The notes: generated by a model from the sequence alone, not told the origin. DNA of 64,000 nucleotides from Eutreptiella sp. 'Long Island Sound 2002' (GCA_964036045.1 OZ038378.1:168950001-169014000), one strand, 5' to 3'; shown: positions 23,701 to 34,141, numbered from the stretch's first letter. A program made the numbers and translations.

Positions 23701-25673
23701 AAGGAGAAATTCATCATAGTCAACCTCACCATCACCGTCATGGTCATGATAAATGAACAGCGCCTCCAAATCCTAAAAATAAAAACACACAGCAGGTTGG
23801 GAGTCTGTGGGAAACCCACACGGGGACACAACTGCAAAAGAGAAAGTAAGAGACAAATCAAGACGCATAGAACACATATGACACAAGCTAGGGGCCGATG
23901 GCTTCCAGGATGGGCCACCATTCTGCAGCATCTACCCACCAACCTACTAAGCCACACTCGCCCCCCTTCTCCATCCAAGAACAACCATTTTGCACACATA
24001 CCCAACCAGACCCCACTCCACGCACTCACGTTGGTGGGCAGGCAACCAAGCACATAACAACACACAAAGGGCTGCAAGTGCACAAACCACATCTTCGCAC
24101 TGGTGTTGGGGCCAATCCTGCCTCGTGCGGTGCTCGGTTGTATTGGGTTATGCCAAGCATCGGGAAGCGCTAGGCCCCTGTACCCAAACAACCCTTCTCG
24201 GGAAGGCTGGGTCCAAGCCCATGGGATCGAGCCACAGTGGCTCAGGCCACGGGGTAAGTTCCAGCTGTATTGCCATTTGCATGCTACATGGAATGGCCAA
24301 TGCTGGCTACCATTTGCCTCGGTGTTGCCGAAAGGCAGCCATACCTGGCCTGTCAAGGAGTGAGAGACACGAGCTATTTATGCAGGATACTCATCGAGGC
24401 CACCTCACCTCACCCACTTTGCAGCAACCCCCCCCCTCCCATGTCCAGCCCCGCCCCAGGGTACACAGTTCCCGCCCACCCCAGGGGGGATGGTTACCAA
24501 ATGAAGGTTCCCCCCACCCCCGGGGGGGGGGACGGACATCACACAATAGTAACCTGAATTTTCGACTAACCCAACTAAAGTTTTTCTTCGGCGCCTTTGG
24601 CGCCTGTGATTTCCTACTGATTTCTTATTGTTCATGGGCCAAGTGACCCCCCCCTCCTCCCGGGGGATGGACAAGGGGGGGGGGGGCGGGGTGGGCAGGG
24701 GGGAGGAAGGTACTAAACTTACAGCATACACACAACATTACAGTTGCATCCTACACCCCCATTTCATCCCGACCGGGTACACCTGGCATGCCCATGTGCG
24801 TGTACACGCGGAAAGGGTGGTGAGGAAGTTGTACCTTGCCGTTCAGCTTCACATCCACGGTTTGAAAAAACTTCCGGAACTCCCACACAGTCAGTCGTTG
24901 GTTCCAGGTTTTGTCAATCTCTGCCCACATGCGAGTGAAGCCCGGGATGCCGTTTGGGCCGCGCTGCATGACCATCTGCAAAGGCAGGGGTTCGACATGG
25001 GGGGTGGGGGCGCAGGCTGTTGCCTCATCAGCCACCCATGGCGGGCTTCTGAAAGGAGAAAGGGCTGCATAACCCCAGCCATAGCAGGACCCACCGAAAC
25101 GGGGAGCACTGAAACAGGATGAAGCGGACACCATGGCTAAGTGTTTGCACTGCGTGCGCACTGTCTCAGTGAAATGGGCAAAGATACAGCACCTCAATAT
25201 GCCCCGTAGGGCACAATCATTGGAATTGAGTCTCTAGCTGCAGCGTACCACCATTCCACCAGCCACACACGAGAACTGTGTGCACCATCTCACCCCCTCG
25301 GCAGGCACGCGCAATGAGAGCTTGCAGGTAACCCAAACGATGCCAAGCTCCCCTGCGTATGATTCAGAGACGTGCACATGACTTGTTGGGACCGGAGGAC
25401 AGCCCTGGAGGGCAAAAAGTGGGCTGTATGATGGCAGTCACTGAGAGGCGCCAGGCAGTCTGACGGCAGGTGAGATGCATGCATCACTGCAATCAGCTTC
25501 CCCCTCAGAATACTGTGCAAGGAGAAGCAAGGCATTGAGGTGGGTCACAAGGCTCCAAAGGGGGCTTGGGGGCACATACAGATTTGATCTTGCGATGCAC
25601 TTTGTCCATGCGGATCGGGTCCTGCGCAAGCACCTCAGGGTCTTCGGGGACCGATGCAAGGGTAGAGGCATAG
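3144..25673 (-). CDS. Multi-exon calcyphosin-like EF-hand protein gene (at least 4 tandem modules; true 5' and 3' ends unresolved)
   Basis: 14 GT-AG exons with compatible phases were spliced by hand; at least three linking exons are unresolved. They give repeated calcyphosin motifs: RGxxGI..(F/L)xR, EF loops (DHDGDGEVDYDEF, DADGSGWLPRDEF) and GEVCEAKLDIINQAWGRLD. Confidence 0.85.
4925..5040 (-). CDS. Calcyphosin-like exon (GEVCEAKLDIINQAWGRLDPTDSGCCLFDNLANTFKPDR)
   Basis: gatgcag acceptor and GTGACG donor; close match to the calcyphosin GxxxxxRxxxVxxAFxxLDxxxSG pattern. Confidence 0.9.
5750..6480 (-). mobile_element. Degenerate retroelement-like fragment, homologous to 43400-43720
   Basis: Shared sequence blocks (cagtacaaagcgcag...acaagaccataggt.cctttctgtca) occur at about 6300 and 43560; no intact ORF. 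Confidence 0.45.
6807..6957 (-). CDS. Calcyphosin-like exon (GVVTLWQMVNAIRDLGVGGNLADVELEMMYNSVAESPDEMVVRKFVETVR)
   Basis: gtcacag acceptor and GTCTGT donor; phase-2 start and phase-0 end; degenerate EF pair. Confidence 0.82.
8342..8410 (-). ncRNA. tRNA-like Pol III promoter (A box TAGCTCGGTGG, B box GGTTCGAACCC): tRNA pseudogene or SINE head
   Basis: Both boxes are present at tRNA-like spacing, but the acceptor and anticodon stems do not pair well. Confidence 0.5.
9201..9255 (-). CDS. Calcyphosin-like exon (AQGIVALHSVLNKYSRG)
   Basis: cctgcag acceptor and GTGCGT donor; phases 1 and 2 fit both neighbours. Confidence 0.85.
10520..10620 (+). repeat. Dispersed repeat family A (gtgggacaattgtccctctgc...); copies at about 13735-13830 and 42268-42450
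   Basis: Three visibly similar copies in the window. Confidence 0.7.
11712..11790 (-). CDS. Calcyphosin-like exon (EAIGADDPPELLCYLFNKLRNILTYRG)
   Basis: cctctgcag acceptor and GTGTG donor; the phase-1 end completes RG-AQGI with exon 9255. Confidence 0.85.
12193..12273 (-). CDS. Calcyphosin-like exon (EIDQCFDFYADPDTQQVFVGDFMGSMR)
   Basis: gttgcag acceptor and GTATGT donor; 81 nt; same size and phase as exon 23692-23772. Confidence 0.85.
12865..13010 (+). repeat. Dispersed repeat family C; second copy at about 40100-40240
   Basis: Shared cgccaca...ccccttttggg...ggttgaa...aaaatatccc..aatgagttttt. Confidence 0.6.
13894..14026 (-). CDS. Calcyphosin-like exon, EF-hand (DRTTSGSVGLLRVMKKLDADGSGWLPRDEFKRALRAYGCGIIDK)
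   Basis: ctgcag acceptor and GTGCC donor; DxDGSG loop. Confidence 0.92.
14240..14385 (+). repeat. Dispersed repeat family B (gcttgtttgcctttggcgg...gggtccgaacgtgttttggttgtgtcaac); reverse copy at 58605-58712
   Basis: Highly similar reverse-complement copy at 58.6 kb; partial copies at about 45415 and 52675. Confidence 0.8.
14717..14764. repeat. (TG)n microsatellite
   Basis: Directly visible. Confidence 0.97.
15755..15822 (-). CDS. Calcyphosin-like exon (LDLTADQLLDNLHQKMIDAMKDR)
   Basis: tttcgcag acceptor and GTCTGT donor; phase-2 end joins exon 14026. Confidence 0.82.
16181..16336. repeat. Degenerate 12-13 bp tandem repeat (AATAGGCCCCCC/T), about 12 copies
   Basis: Directly visible. Confidence 0.85.
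18340..18547. mobile_element. MITE-like repeat (C-tract TTGCAA ... TTGCAA G-tract termini); relatives at about 24540-24700 and 59670-59730
   Basis: Inverted termini; the shared internal ggcgcc...gggccaagtgac / gtgacggtctccc blocks recur elsewhere. Confidence 0.5.
18691..18780 (-). CDS. Calcyphosin-like exon (DFCFIFQHFSNVTDGPIPYIDAHTIVDDIL)
   Basis: Pyrimidine-rich acceptor ...gttgcag and GTGTGC donor; 90 nt; occupies the second EF-hand position. Confidence 0.78.
20512..20846. mobile_element. MITE-like element with TIRs CAGGGTCTACCACGGGGGGG / CCCCCCCGTGGTACCTG
   Basis: Inverted termini visible, no TSD found. The internal ttgctgttatttcct.gtggcct motif also occurs at about 56385. Confidence 0.55.
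21474..21576 (-). CDS. Calcyphosin-like exon (AALEKALAAAGPQTLSRGQFIKALSSLDLGLSHS)
   Basis: tatcag acceptor and GTATGT donor; degenerate EF-hand; phase-consistent. Confidence 0.75.
21699..21787 (-). CDS. Calcyphosin-like exon (NRFDMTQQQIEDILRKLKLRLLQRHKENPR)
   Basis: ccacag acceptor and GTTTGG donor; phase-2 end compatible with the next exon. Confidence 0.8.
23692..23772 (-). CDS. Calcyphosin-like exon, canonical EF-hand (DLEALFIYHDHDGDGEVDYDEFLLALR)
   Basis: tttttag acceptor and GTGTGC donor; 81 nt; DxDxDGxVDxxEF loop. Confidence 0.92.
24835..24975 (-). CDS. Calcyphosin-like exon (MVMQRGPNGIPGFTRMWAEIDKTWNQRLTVWEFRKFFQTVDVKLNGK)
   Basis: tttgcag acceptor and GTAC donor; 141 nt; matches the calcyphosin RGxxGIxGxxR...D...EF pattern. 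Confidence 0.9.
25580..25673 (-). CDS. Calcyphosin-like exon (YASTLASVPEDPEVLAQDPIRMDKVHRKIKS)
   Basis: ttgccag acceptor and GTATGT donor; the phase-0 end joins MVMQRGPNG. Confidence 0.75.
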
Positions 25674-25852
25674 CTGGCAAAGCTGGAAGTTTCCCAAGAC
25701 ATGCTGCCAAACTTCCTTCAGAAAGGCGCAAAAGAGAGGGCGTGGCTTTTCAAGAGGGCGTGCTATCCTTCAGGACTACCACATTACGCAGAGTAAACAC
25801 CCTGAGCTATCCCCCCCTCCCCCCGCATCCACCATCCCTTGGGCCAAGTTCT

Positions 25853-26585
25853 TGCACTGCGTGCGCACTGCGTGTGCACTGCGTGGGCACTGCGTGCGCA
25901 CTGCGTGCATACTGCGCACGCAGAGGCCGGTATACTCACTCAAGAATACCTGTCACCTGACTGGTTGCACAGCGAAGCAACAAAACCCACATGAGAACGA
26001 CGAAACTGCCTTCAACTTGGTACTCCACTGTCCCTATGAACAAACCACTTAGCCTTGTAAAGTCCGCTTGCTTCGAGTGTTTTGGTGCCCGTGGCTTCGC
26101 TCTTGGAGGCGGCGATGAGATGTCCCTTGACTCGGAGCGCAGGGAATGCGTTGTCCGTGGTCTCTTGGGTGATGGGGACCGCGAATAGGGTGAAGGGGAG
26201 GGCGGTGGTGATTCTGAGCGTGGACGCGACACACTTGTTGATGGCGAGTGAGGTCAGTGATGTGGTGGGGATGAAGGCCGTACCACAAACTCCTCAAAGT
26301 CCGCGGGCTATGTATGGCTACATCACCCCTGCCTTCTCAGGGTCCCCATAGTAAGGAGAGTTCAATATGGGGGATGGAAAATGGGTAAAAATGGTTGACA
26401 TTGGGCAACAAAGGGTGACAATTCAAATGTGCCACATCCCAAATGCATAGGAAGCTAAAAAAAAACCCAGTATGGAACCAAAAACTTGTCAAAAGGGGCC
26501 AAAAGTAGGGTCCGAGTATTGGCCGACATCCAAAACTTCGCACTGCGTGCGCACTGCGTGTGCACTGCGTGCGCACTGCGTGCAT
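25853..26585 (-). mobile_element. Unclassified element bracketed by (GCACTGCGT)n micro-arrays, with a Pro/Ser-rich ORF remnant
   Basis: Arrays at 25853-25920 and 26539-26584. Segment 26410-26449 matches 59794-59833 at 33/40 nt ungapped. Confidence 0.5.
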
Positions 26586-26999
26586 GGCATTCCCTTGGTG
26601 TGCAATCTGCAACACCCTGGGGTCGTTGGACAAATTTAGGGTAAAAAAGAAAAAGTGCTGTCCAAATGGAGGCTGGTGGTTGGACAGGCCTGGGTTCAAA
26701 ACTGAGGTTTGCAGGGGCACAGCAACAAGCGCTGTCTAAATGGGGGGAGTGGGTGCAGGTTTCCCAATTCATGCTGTACATATATTCTGGGCCTGGGTGC
26801 CCATGCACACCGTAGGCTGGTTGGCTTGAACTCAATCTGGTGTCAGCAACAAACTTTCCAAAAGGGGGTACCTTTTTGGCAAGACCATTTGAGTCAAACA
26901 TTTTGCTGTGAGAAATGCGACAGTCAATGCTGTGCTCAAAACAATACTCTCGTGATAACAAAAGAAAAGGGATGCATGCAGAGTCCCCCCCCCCCCCAA

Positions 27000-28300
27000 A
27001 CAAAAACTGGGCACAAATAACAGGTGAGTGCCAGTTGCGGCATCTGCCATGTAGGACTAGCATTCCATCCTAACACCCACAACACTGTGCATTACCCCCT
27101 CCCCCCCTCCCAAATCACATAAAAGACAAAGCACCACACACAGGATCCACTTTGGAGCACACCCAATTTGCGATAGCCAGCTTGTCCAATGACCAACCCG
27201 GCACGTCCCTATGCATGGGACGTTGTCAGGGTACCCCCTTGTGGAGTGGAGTGCCACACCCCAAGCAATGGTTGTTAGTGTCGGCACCTGCAGGGTTGTG
27301 TGGTGGGATTAACTTAAATGTGCTGTATTGGTGGAAAACAAACAGATTTCTAACAACAGTCACTGTCAAAAATTGCCCTCAGCAAGGCAAGTCGAAGAGA
27401 GACAAGCGACATTGTGGAGTCATATCCCACAAGCCGACGAAGTCTTGGTATTCGCAGTGCAAACAAGCCCAAAATGGCACTTTTGGGGGCCAATAATGAC
27501 CACTAAGATGGCCCAGTTTTTGCTACATGACTTTATACGTGCTCCCATTGTCACTCGACAACACCCTAAGGGTCCCCACGGGTTGTCAGAGGTCGCCCCA
27601 AATGTTGCAATTTTTCAGCAAACCCATGGCGGCCTGAATACAGCAAAGTCCTCACCGGTGGGGCTCCTAAGGGGTGGCTGGTCTTCGAAACCTGAAGATA
27701 GCACCCAGGACCCCATCATTGGGAGTGTTTGTGTTGTGGCTTAGCTGCTCTCGTTTTTGATATACTGTGATGGTATCTTTAGAGATACCAGAGGGTAAGG
27801 CCCATTGTATGCTTGATGGTCATTGTGAGATTGTCCAAATTTCTGTGGGTGCACAGATGGTACACCTTCTGGATGTGATTTTGTTTTGACACCAAGTGCA
27901 GGCATAGAAAATGGAAGGTTGAGGTTTAGACTGCACAATTTGCGTGGGGAGATTGCAGATAGGTAATCTGCCAATTGCACTTTGGCAGGACGGTGGGTTT
28001 TCTTTCATGGCCATTCTGCTCATCATCTGAGCCTCACAACAGGTACACCTGTTGGTCCACCTTGGCCAGTGTGTCCACCCTTGCATTGTTTACTTCCTCA
28101 GATCCCCAAATGCGATGGCACCCAGAATTGCTGCATACCGGGAGCATTAGGCTTGTATGCATTGCTGGTGGAGTTCCCACAGCCGCCCTATTTGCTCCCT
28201 GCAACACCTCTCTCAACCTCGCAAGCACAGGCAAAGCACACACAGCAGCATGGGCAACTGCACTTACTGCACGTAGACAAGTAAATGAGGGAAGTGAGGG
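27000..28300 (-). mobile_element. Degenerate LINE 3' part with an RNase H-like C-terminal motif
   Basis: HRIWGSEEVNNARVDTLAK resembles the RNase H 'H.G..GNe.AD.LAK' motif; Cys pairs follow (CTWCQ, CLHCE); disrupted frames. Confidence 0.4.
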
Positions 28301-28509
28301 GCCTTTATCCAAATGGGGCAGTAGACAAGGGTTCGCTGCTCCATACCCTGTAACCTGATCCTGATCCTGTCTGTAGTATAAACGAAATGGAAGGAACACG
28401 CTTGCCTATGGACTGCAAGGGGGGAGTTTTGCGGGAATGGATCTGCGCCCTGCTGTCGCGCATCGGTTGCGTGAGCACCACGCAACTGAATGCGACGCAT
28501 GCATTTCAC

Positions 28510-28571
28510 CTTCTGGGAACTCCAACATTCGCCCGGAGCTGCCGAAGGGCTTCTTTGGGGTGCGGGAGCTC
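28510..28571 (-). CDS. Candidate upstream exon of the calcyphosin-like gene (ELPHPKEALRQLRANVGVPR)
   Basis: gtggcag acceptor and GTGAAA donor; phase-2 end fits exon 25673; no family motif to confirm it. Confidence 0.4.
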
Positions 28572-28586
28572 TGCCACAACGTGCGA

Positions 28587-28752
28587 CCGTACCGTACCGT
28601 ACCGTACCGTACCGTACCGTACCGTACCGTACCGTACCGTACCGTACCGTACCGTACCGTACCGTACCGTACCGTACCGTACCGTACCGTACCGCACCGT
28701 ACCGTACCGCACCGTACCGTACCATACCATACCGCACCGTACCGTACCGTAC
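28587..28752. repeat. (ACCGT)n pentanucleotide microsatellite, about 33 copies
   Basis: Directly visible. Confidence 0.97.
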
Positions 28753-29599
28753 CATGTAGGCATGCAGGAGAGGCGGGCTGGGAGAGGGTGGAGACCAGAC
28801 TGTCAGTTGAAGTTAAAGCAGTGGATGGATGGTTTAGGATTTAGTGGGACCTGTGAAAGACTCAGGTGTGCCTTGTAAGGGCTCACACCAGGTTCAAGTG
28901 ACAGTATAGCAGCACCGGGTGGTCATCAGCGTACTGAAATCCATATCACGATTCTTTTGTCAAGATTCGGGGATAGAGGTCAGCACGGCTTGGAGCCCCG
29001 AGCCGTACCCCTGTCCCTCACTTTTAACCAGGAGCGATGGAGGGACAGCGACGGCGTCTCCCTTCGGCCTGGGCGCCCGGGTCTGCCGGCGGCCATGTAC
29101 TGCCAAGTCTGCCGATCGCGTCCGGCTTGGCGGACGCTGCTGGCAAGTCTGTTCGGAACCCAAAAGCAGGTGCACGAAAGTGATCGCAAAACATTTTGGC
29201 TGACGCAAAGATTTGAGTTGTCCGCACTTTGGACTTTGGGCGTCTCGTTCGAGGGCTCATGGCCTCGGTTCGCGAATGTCCTTAACCATTTGACAGTCCT
29301 CACGACGCGATCTCCGGCAAAAGGACACAGACTGACCCGAACCCCCAGCCCCACCGATACCATGAGAAAAGTCACTCCGTGAGTATGTCATAGCGGCCGT
29401 CCCACGGCACAGGACAACACGGATGACCCCAGATGTGGTGTGCGGGCTCCTGAACATCTGGGTTGACCCCCAAAAAGAAAGCCTGGCGCATCGCATGCAG
29501 AGCGAGCCCGTCGTATGTGGATTGCGAGGAAGAAAATTGTGGACGAGCGCACAAACAGGACCCCACAACAGCAGAGTCTCTGAGGACGTCAATGCAAAC

Positions 29600-32300
29600 C
29601 AGGCAATAGCAACCCTGCGCTGTTTACCCGGGCCTTGTTCATATGATCAAAACCTGTTACGATGAAGCGCGACCAATGCCATGAAAATTTGGCACAGAGC
29701 GCCTTCACTAAGTTTCAGTGGCTCAGGCTTTCGAGTTATGGCATTGAACATTTCTGTCAACAAGAAATTGGAACCCCCACAAAGCTGAAGAAAGGAGGAC
29801 AGAACAGGCCTGTGCTTTGGGGGAAGGGAGAATGCAAAGGGCGCCCACAGCAAACATCCGTCTGGTGGCCTATCCAAATGCAGTGTGAGAACATCGGCCC
29901 ACTGCACACCACCAGCCAGGGCTTGAGGTATGGCCAGTAGTACTGCCAAGACCACACCTGAAGCACTGAATACGGTACCGTGGGGGGCTGTCCCACGAAG
30001 ACGGGTGGGTTACACTGTGGTGAACCTGGTGTCCAGTACCGTCTTTTGTATGACCCACTGATTGGTGCAGGTCAGACGTGGGTATGTATGTGGGGGACTG
30101 GGTTAACTGTGTGGTTGAGAGTGAAAGTGTCTGCCCCTGTGGTGCCCAAGGCCCCGCCAGCGCTGATGGGCTTCACTTTCACTTACTGCTTTTGGAGGTA
30201 CTCTCCACAACTGATGTACTGATGTGGGACACTGTAACAAAGGGCCAGGGGTTTGAGATGACCATATGCTGCCCATCAGTGATGTGTAGCAGTTCCAGGC
30301 ATTTTGCCTCCAGCAGACCAGAAAGGTGAGGGGAAGGGAGGTTTAGTAGTGCACTATTGTGGATGAGCGTGGGATATTTTTGCCCCGCTCGCCGCTCACA
30401 ATCGCTGCTTCTTTCCTTGAGCCTCTTGTTTCCAAGTGCAGCCTGGGCCATAAACATTCCCCTGAATCACTCGAGTTCCACCGGATTGTTATCGGCTGGC
30501 TCACCGAACAACTGGGAACTGTTCAAGGGTACAAACAACAGAGCAGAGCCGGAGCGGCAGAGCGTTGAAGGGGACGGGGGGGGCATTGAGTGTGCTACAC
30601 CCAATCATCTGGAAAGCGCCTTACACCAGCAGACAATGGCAATCACCACACAACTCCAACATCAAAGGGCAGGGGTGCAAGAAGCTCCTTCAAGAGACTG
30701 CCCTTGACTGACGGCAGACCTGCCACCAAAGCAACATTTGTAGGGCCACACCACTGAAGTGCACTTGTGGATGTGTGAGTGTGGATGGGGCATCATATTA
30801 AGGAGGGCATCAGCCTTTTAACATCCAAGCCGCTAATGCGGCTTGGAAAAGCTGTGAGGCGGGCTACCCTGCGTCCCAGCATCGTATTAAGGAGGGAGTC
30901 ACTATGATGGTCAAGCAGGCTGGCATTCCAGGGGGGTGCAGGGTCCACTGCAGAAAGGCGCCGGCCGGCACAGTGCTGACTGGGCCTCCACAAAGACTGA
31001 AGGTGTGTGTGGGTGTGTAGGTGCATGTGGGTGTGTACGTGGGGGGGCGGGGGGGGGGGGGGTATAAATAGGTGTGTGGTGCGAGTGTGTGTATATGTGT
31101 TGGGGGCAGTGTGTGGAGGGGGGCGGGGGGGCGTCTGTCTGGGTGTGTGTGTGGTGTGGGGGAAACAGCGGGGGATGAGAGGGCCCAGCGCACCATCCCT
31201 TGCCGTTGGTCAGCTCTGTGGTTGGTAGCGTCAATTGTTTTCTGTTCCCACCCACCGTTGCCAGTTTACCGACAACCCCACCACTCTCCTCCGTTTAAGG
31301 CGGCGTGGGACGCACTGTTTCAGTACACGCTGGGTGCCCCTGTCGCTGCTTGGCTGCCGGTGTGTCTCTGGGCATCCTCTGGGCCACCAGCCACCTTCGT
31401 ATCCCTGCAGCTTTCAGGGTCCTTGGGTGGCCGTGGTGCCTTCTGGCACAGCAATACCAGGCTCCACGCCCCACTGTTGCACGTACTGTGCATTGACAGT
31501 GCTGGTACCGCTTGCACACCCAAGAACGGCGCAGTCACTTTCTGGTTTCCAGGCGCCCCTGCTTGCGCGGCCTCACAAGCAGGGAGAAAGACTACCCCCT
31601 CAGGGGGGTCATACGCCTCAGCCCCCTGTCCCATCAAGTTCACCTAGTACTACTGCCCCACTCGGTGCAGGTGGCGCCAGACTGCCTGCGCTCTAGTAAA
31701 AAGCGGCCTGCAGTTGACTCCCACCATTGCACCCACCCCCAGCGGGACCAATGAGGAGCAGCAGCTGATGATCCTGGCTGGCAATATGGACTCCTACCCC
31801 ATGCGCGACCTCGCAGAGCGACGTCCAGCCACAGTATTATCCCTGTCTCCTGTGGAGACAACTCCCCGCCCCAATGCTGGTCCTCCAGCGCCGCCAGCAG
31901 CGGCTGTCCCGCAAAGGCTTCAAAATCCAAGGCCAGCTCCATGAAGGAGACCTGCTGATGGCCCCACAGCATGTCCAGGGGGGGTCCTGTGACCGCGGCA
32001 GCCATTCCAAGGCTGTCAGCCACTCCACGAGTTTGGGCAGGAAATCTGCTCCCCATTTCCACTCTCTTGGAAGATGCACCGGGGCAGCAGGCGTGGCGGC
32101 TGAAGTTGGTACCATGAGCATGTGTCGCCCTGCATTTTGCGGAAATCGTTTTGTCCATCGCTGTGGGCAGGCATGGTGCGCAGAGGTCGAAGACGTTCCA
32201 CACTGGCCATCTCTCCATGTGACAGACAGACTGTAGCACTCACTTTCAGGGGCCAAACCTGGGCAAAGGTGGGGGTCTGGGCTCCTCTGTGAGCAGTGGC
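29600..32300. mobile_element. Mosaic of degenerate non-LTR retrotransposon fragments
   Basis: RT-like pieces (FLLTEMFNAI; LNTMLGRRVARL; LQLSGSLGGRG on +) and a C-terminal VSFMELALDFE block on -; no intact ORF. Confidence 0.35.
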
Positions 32301-32609
32301 AACCGCAACAAGTTGGGATTTGGAGATCAACAGCAAGCCCTCGGACTCGAACTTGGAGCAACGTAGACCAAGACGCGACCCCAACGGGGGTTTGAGGCCG
32401 AAATGCACAGATTCTGGGGCTCAGGTCCCACCCACTGTGAAAGTCACACTACGAACACGGGGGGGGGGGGGGTCCAGAAGCGGTTGTAGCAGAATGGACA
32501 ACCGCTCCCAGAGACAGGGCAAGGGACGCCCCCCGCCTTCAAGCACAAGCTCCAAGAGACATATTGAGTTGATTGCACGACCAGAAGCTCCTCAATTTTG
32601 CGTGTGGGG

Positions 32610-32745
32610 TGTTCTCTGAGGCAATCAAAATGTTCACCATAATTTTGTAACGGCGGTGGACCTCAGTGGCAATGAGATTGGTGATGTGGGATGTGGGATT
32701 TGGCGGAGTCATTGAAGCTCAACCGGACGGTGACGTCTCAAAGGC
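32610..32745 (+). pseudogene. RNI-like leucine-rich-repeat relic
   Basis: FSEAIK / HNFVTAVDLSGNEIGDVG / DLAESLKLNRTVTS lie in consecutive frames separated by two frameshifts. Confidence 0.65.
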
Positions 32746-33214
32746 GCACAGTGCACACGCGTGCATGCAGAAATCCCCAGTGGGAAGACTGCCCAGTCAG
32801 GAGTTCAGGCCTGTCAGAGGTGCAATGGGCATCCCAACAATGTGATCCAGGAGACAAGGTGTTGCCGGCCTTTGGGTAGGGCTGGGACATACTCAGATGC
32901 AACGGGCCAACCTTTGCGAAACAAAAAAATCGGCAGAGGTTTTGGGACGCATACGGTACACAACACAAAGGTACTCTGGGATGCACACCAACTCAAAGTC
33001 TGGCGTTTATGGATTCCATCCAAAGAGAGTCGGTGGGCCTTCACCATGCCGCGTGCATACTGCACACGACGGGGGTCTTGCTCGAAGCGCAAGGGGCAGA
33101 GAAATTAATGGCAGTGAAGAGAAGGAGTCTCGTGACTTCCCCCTCCGTGTGCGGCTCACGGCAGCGCCCGATGCATTTGCATTCCGATATGCAATGGAAA
33201 GTGCGTCGGGGGAC

Positions 33215-33315
33215 AAATGAAATTCACAGGGGACTAATAAAATTCTGAAGAGGACTAATGAAATTCACAAGGGGACTAACGAAATTCACAGAGGGACCAA
33301 TGAAATTAGGGGGAC
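33215..33315. repeat. About 20-bp tandem repeat (ATGAAATTCACAGGGGACTA), about 5 copies
   Basis: Directly visible. Confidence 0.8.
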
Positions 33316-34087
33316 TTACGAAATCCAGAGGGGCCTTCTCTGACTGTTTCTGCCTCCCTCCCTCCCTCCCTCCCTCCCTCCCTCCCTCCCTCCCTCCCTC
33401 CCTCCCTCCCTCCCTCTCTGTGTGTTTGGGGGGGTTGGGGCGACGCGGGTTAAGAAGGGGAATCAGCGTGGGTCAGTAGTGAGCGGGTATACGAGTGGTT
33501 ACCCAAGAAATACCAGGGGCTCGCCGGCTGGGGCAGCGACGGCCTGCACACCCCGTTTCCTACATGTGTAGAGGCACGTGGGTACACAAATGGCCTGTTT
33601 TGGGGGATACACCAAAGGCCATGCTGAGTCGCCCTCCGTGCGCTCCTGCCCGAATTCACCTTTGCAGAAGCACAGCCTACGCCCCATTCGGACCAGCCCG
33701 CACTTTTCAGCGAATGGACCCGTGGTGTACTCCGCAGGCGCAGGCCTTGTCACGGGCCAATTGGCTTCGGCAGCAGAGCCGCACCCGCTCTCACCCCAAA
33801 GCCACAAGTTGATCTCACAGCCGTACCTACGCCACGTCCTTTTATCTTTGGGGGACCGTGCTCACTGTGAGTCGTGGGACTGTGAGTCGTGTGGGTCGTG
33901 AAAACGACAGTACTAGCGAACATGATGTACTTCGACGCCGTACTTGTGCGAAGGGGCTCAGGTACTGCTGCCAAAGATGTCGGGGGCAGAGCAAAGATGT
34001 GCATGAGGGTCAGGATGGGAGTAGGAAAGGGGGGGGGCGGCATCCGAATGCCGTCGAATCCGAACAACCCACTACTTGTGTGTGACA

Positions 34088-34091
<4 letters not shown>

Positions 34092-34138
<47 letters not shown>
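34092..34138. repeat. (CT)n microsatellite
   Basis: Directly visible. Confidence 0.95.
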
Positions 34139-34141
<3 letters not shown>

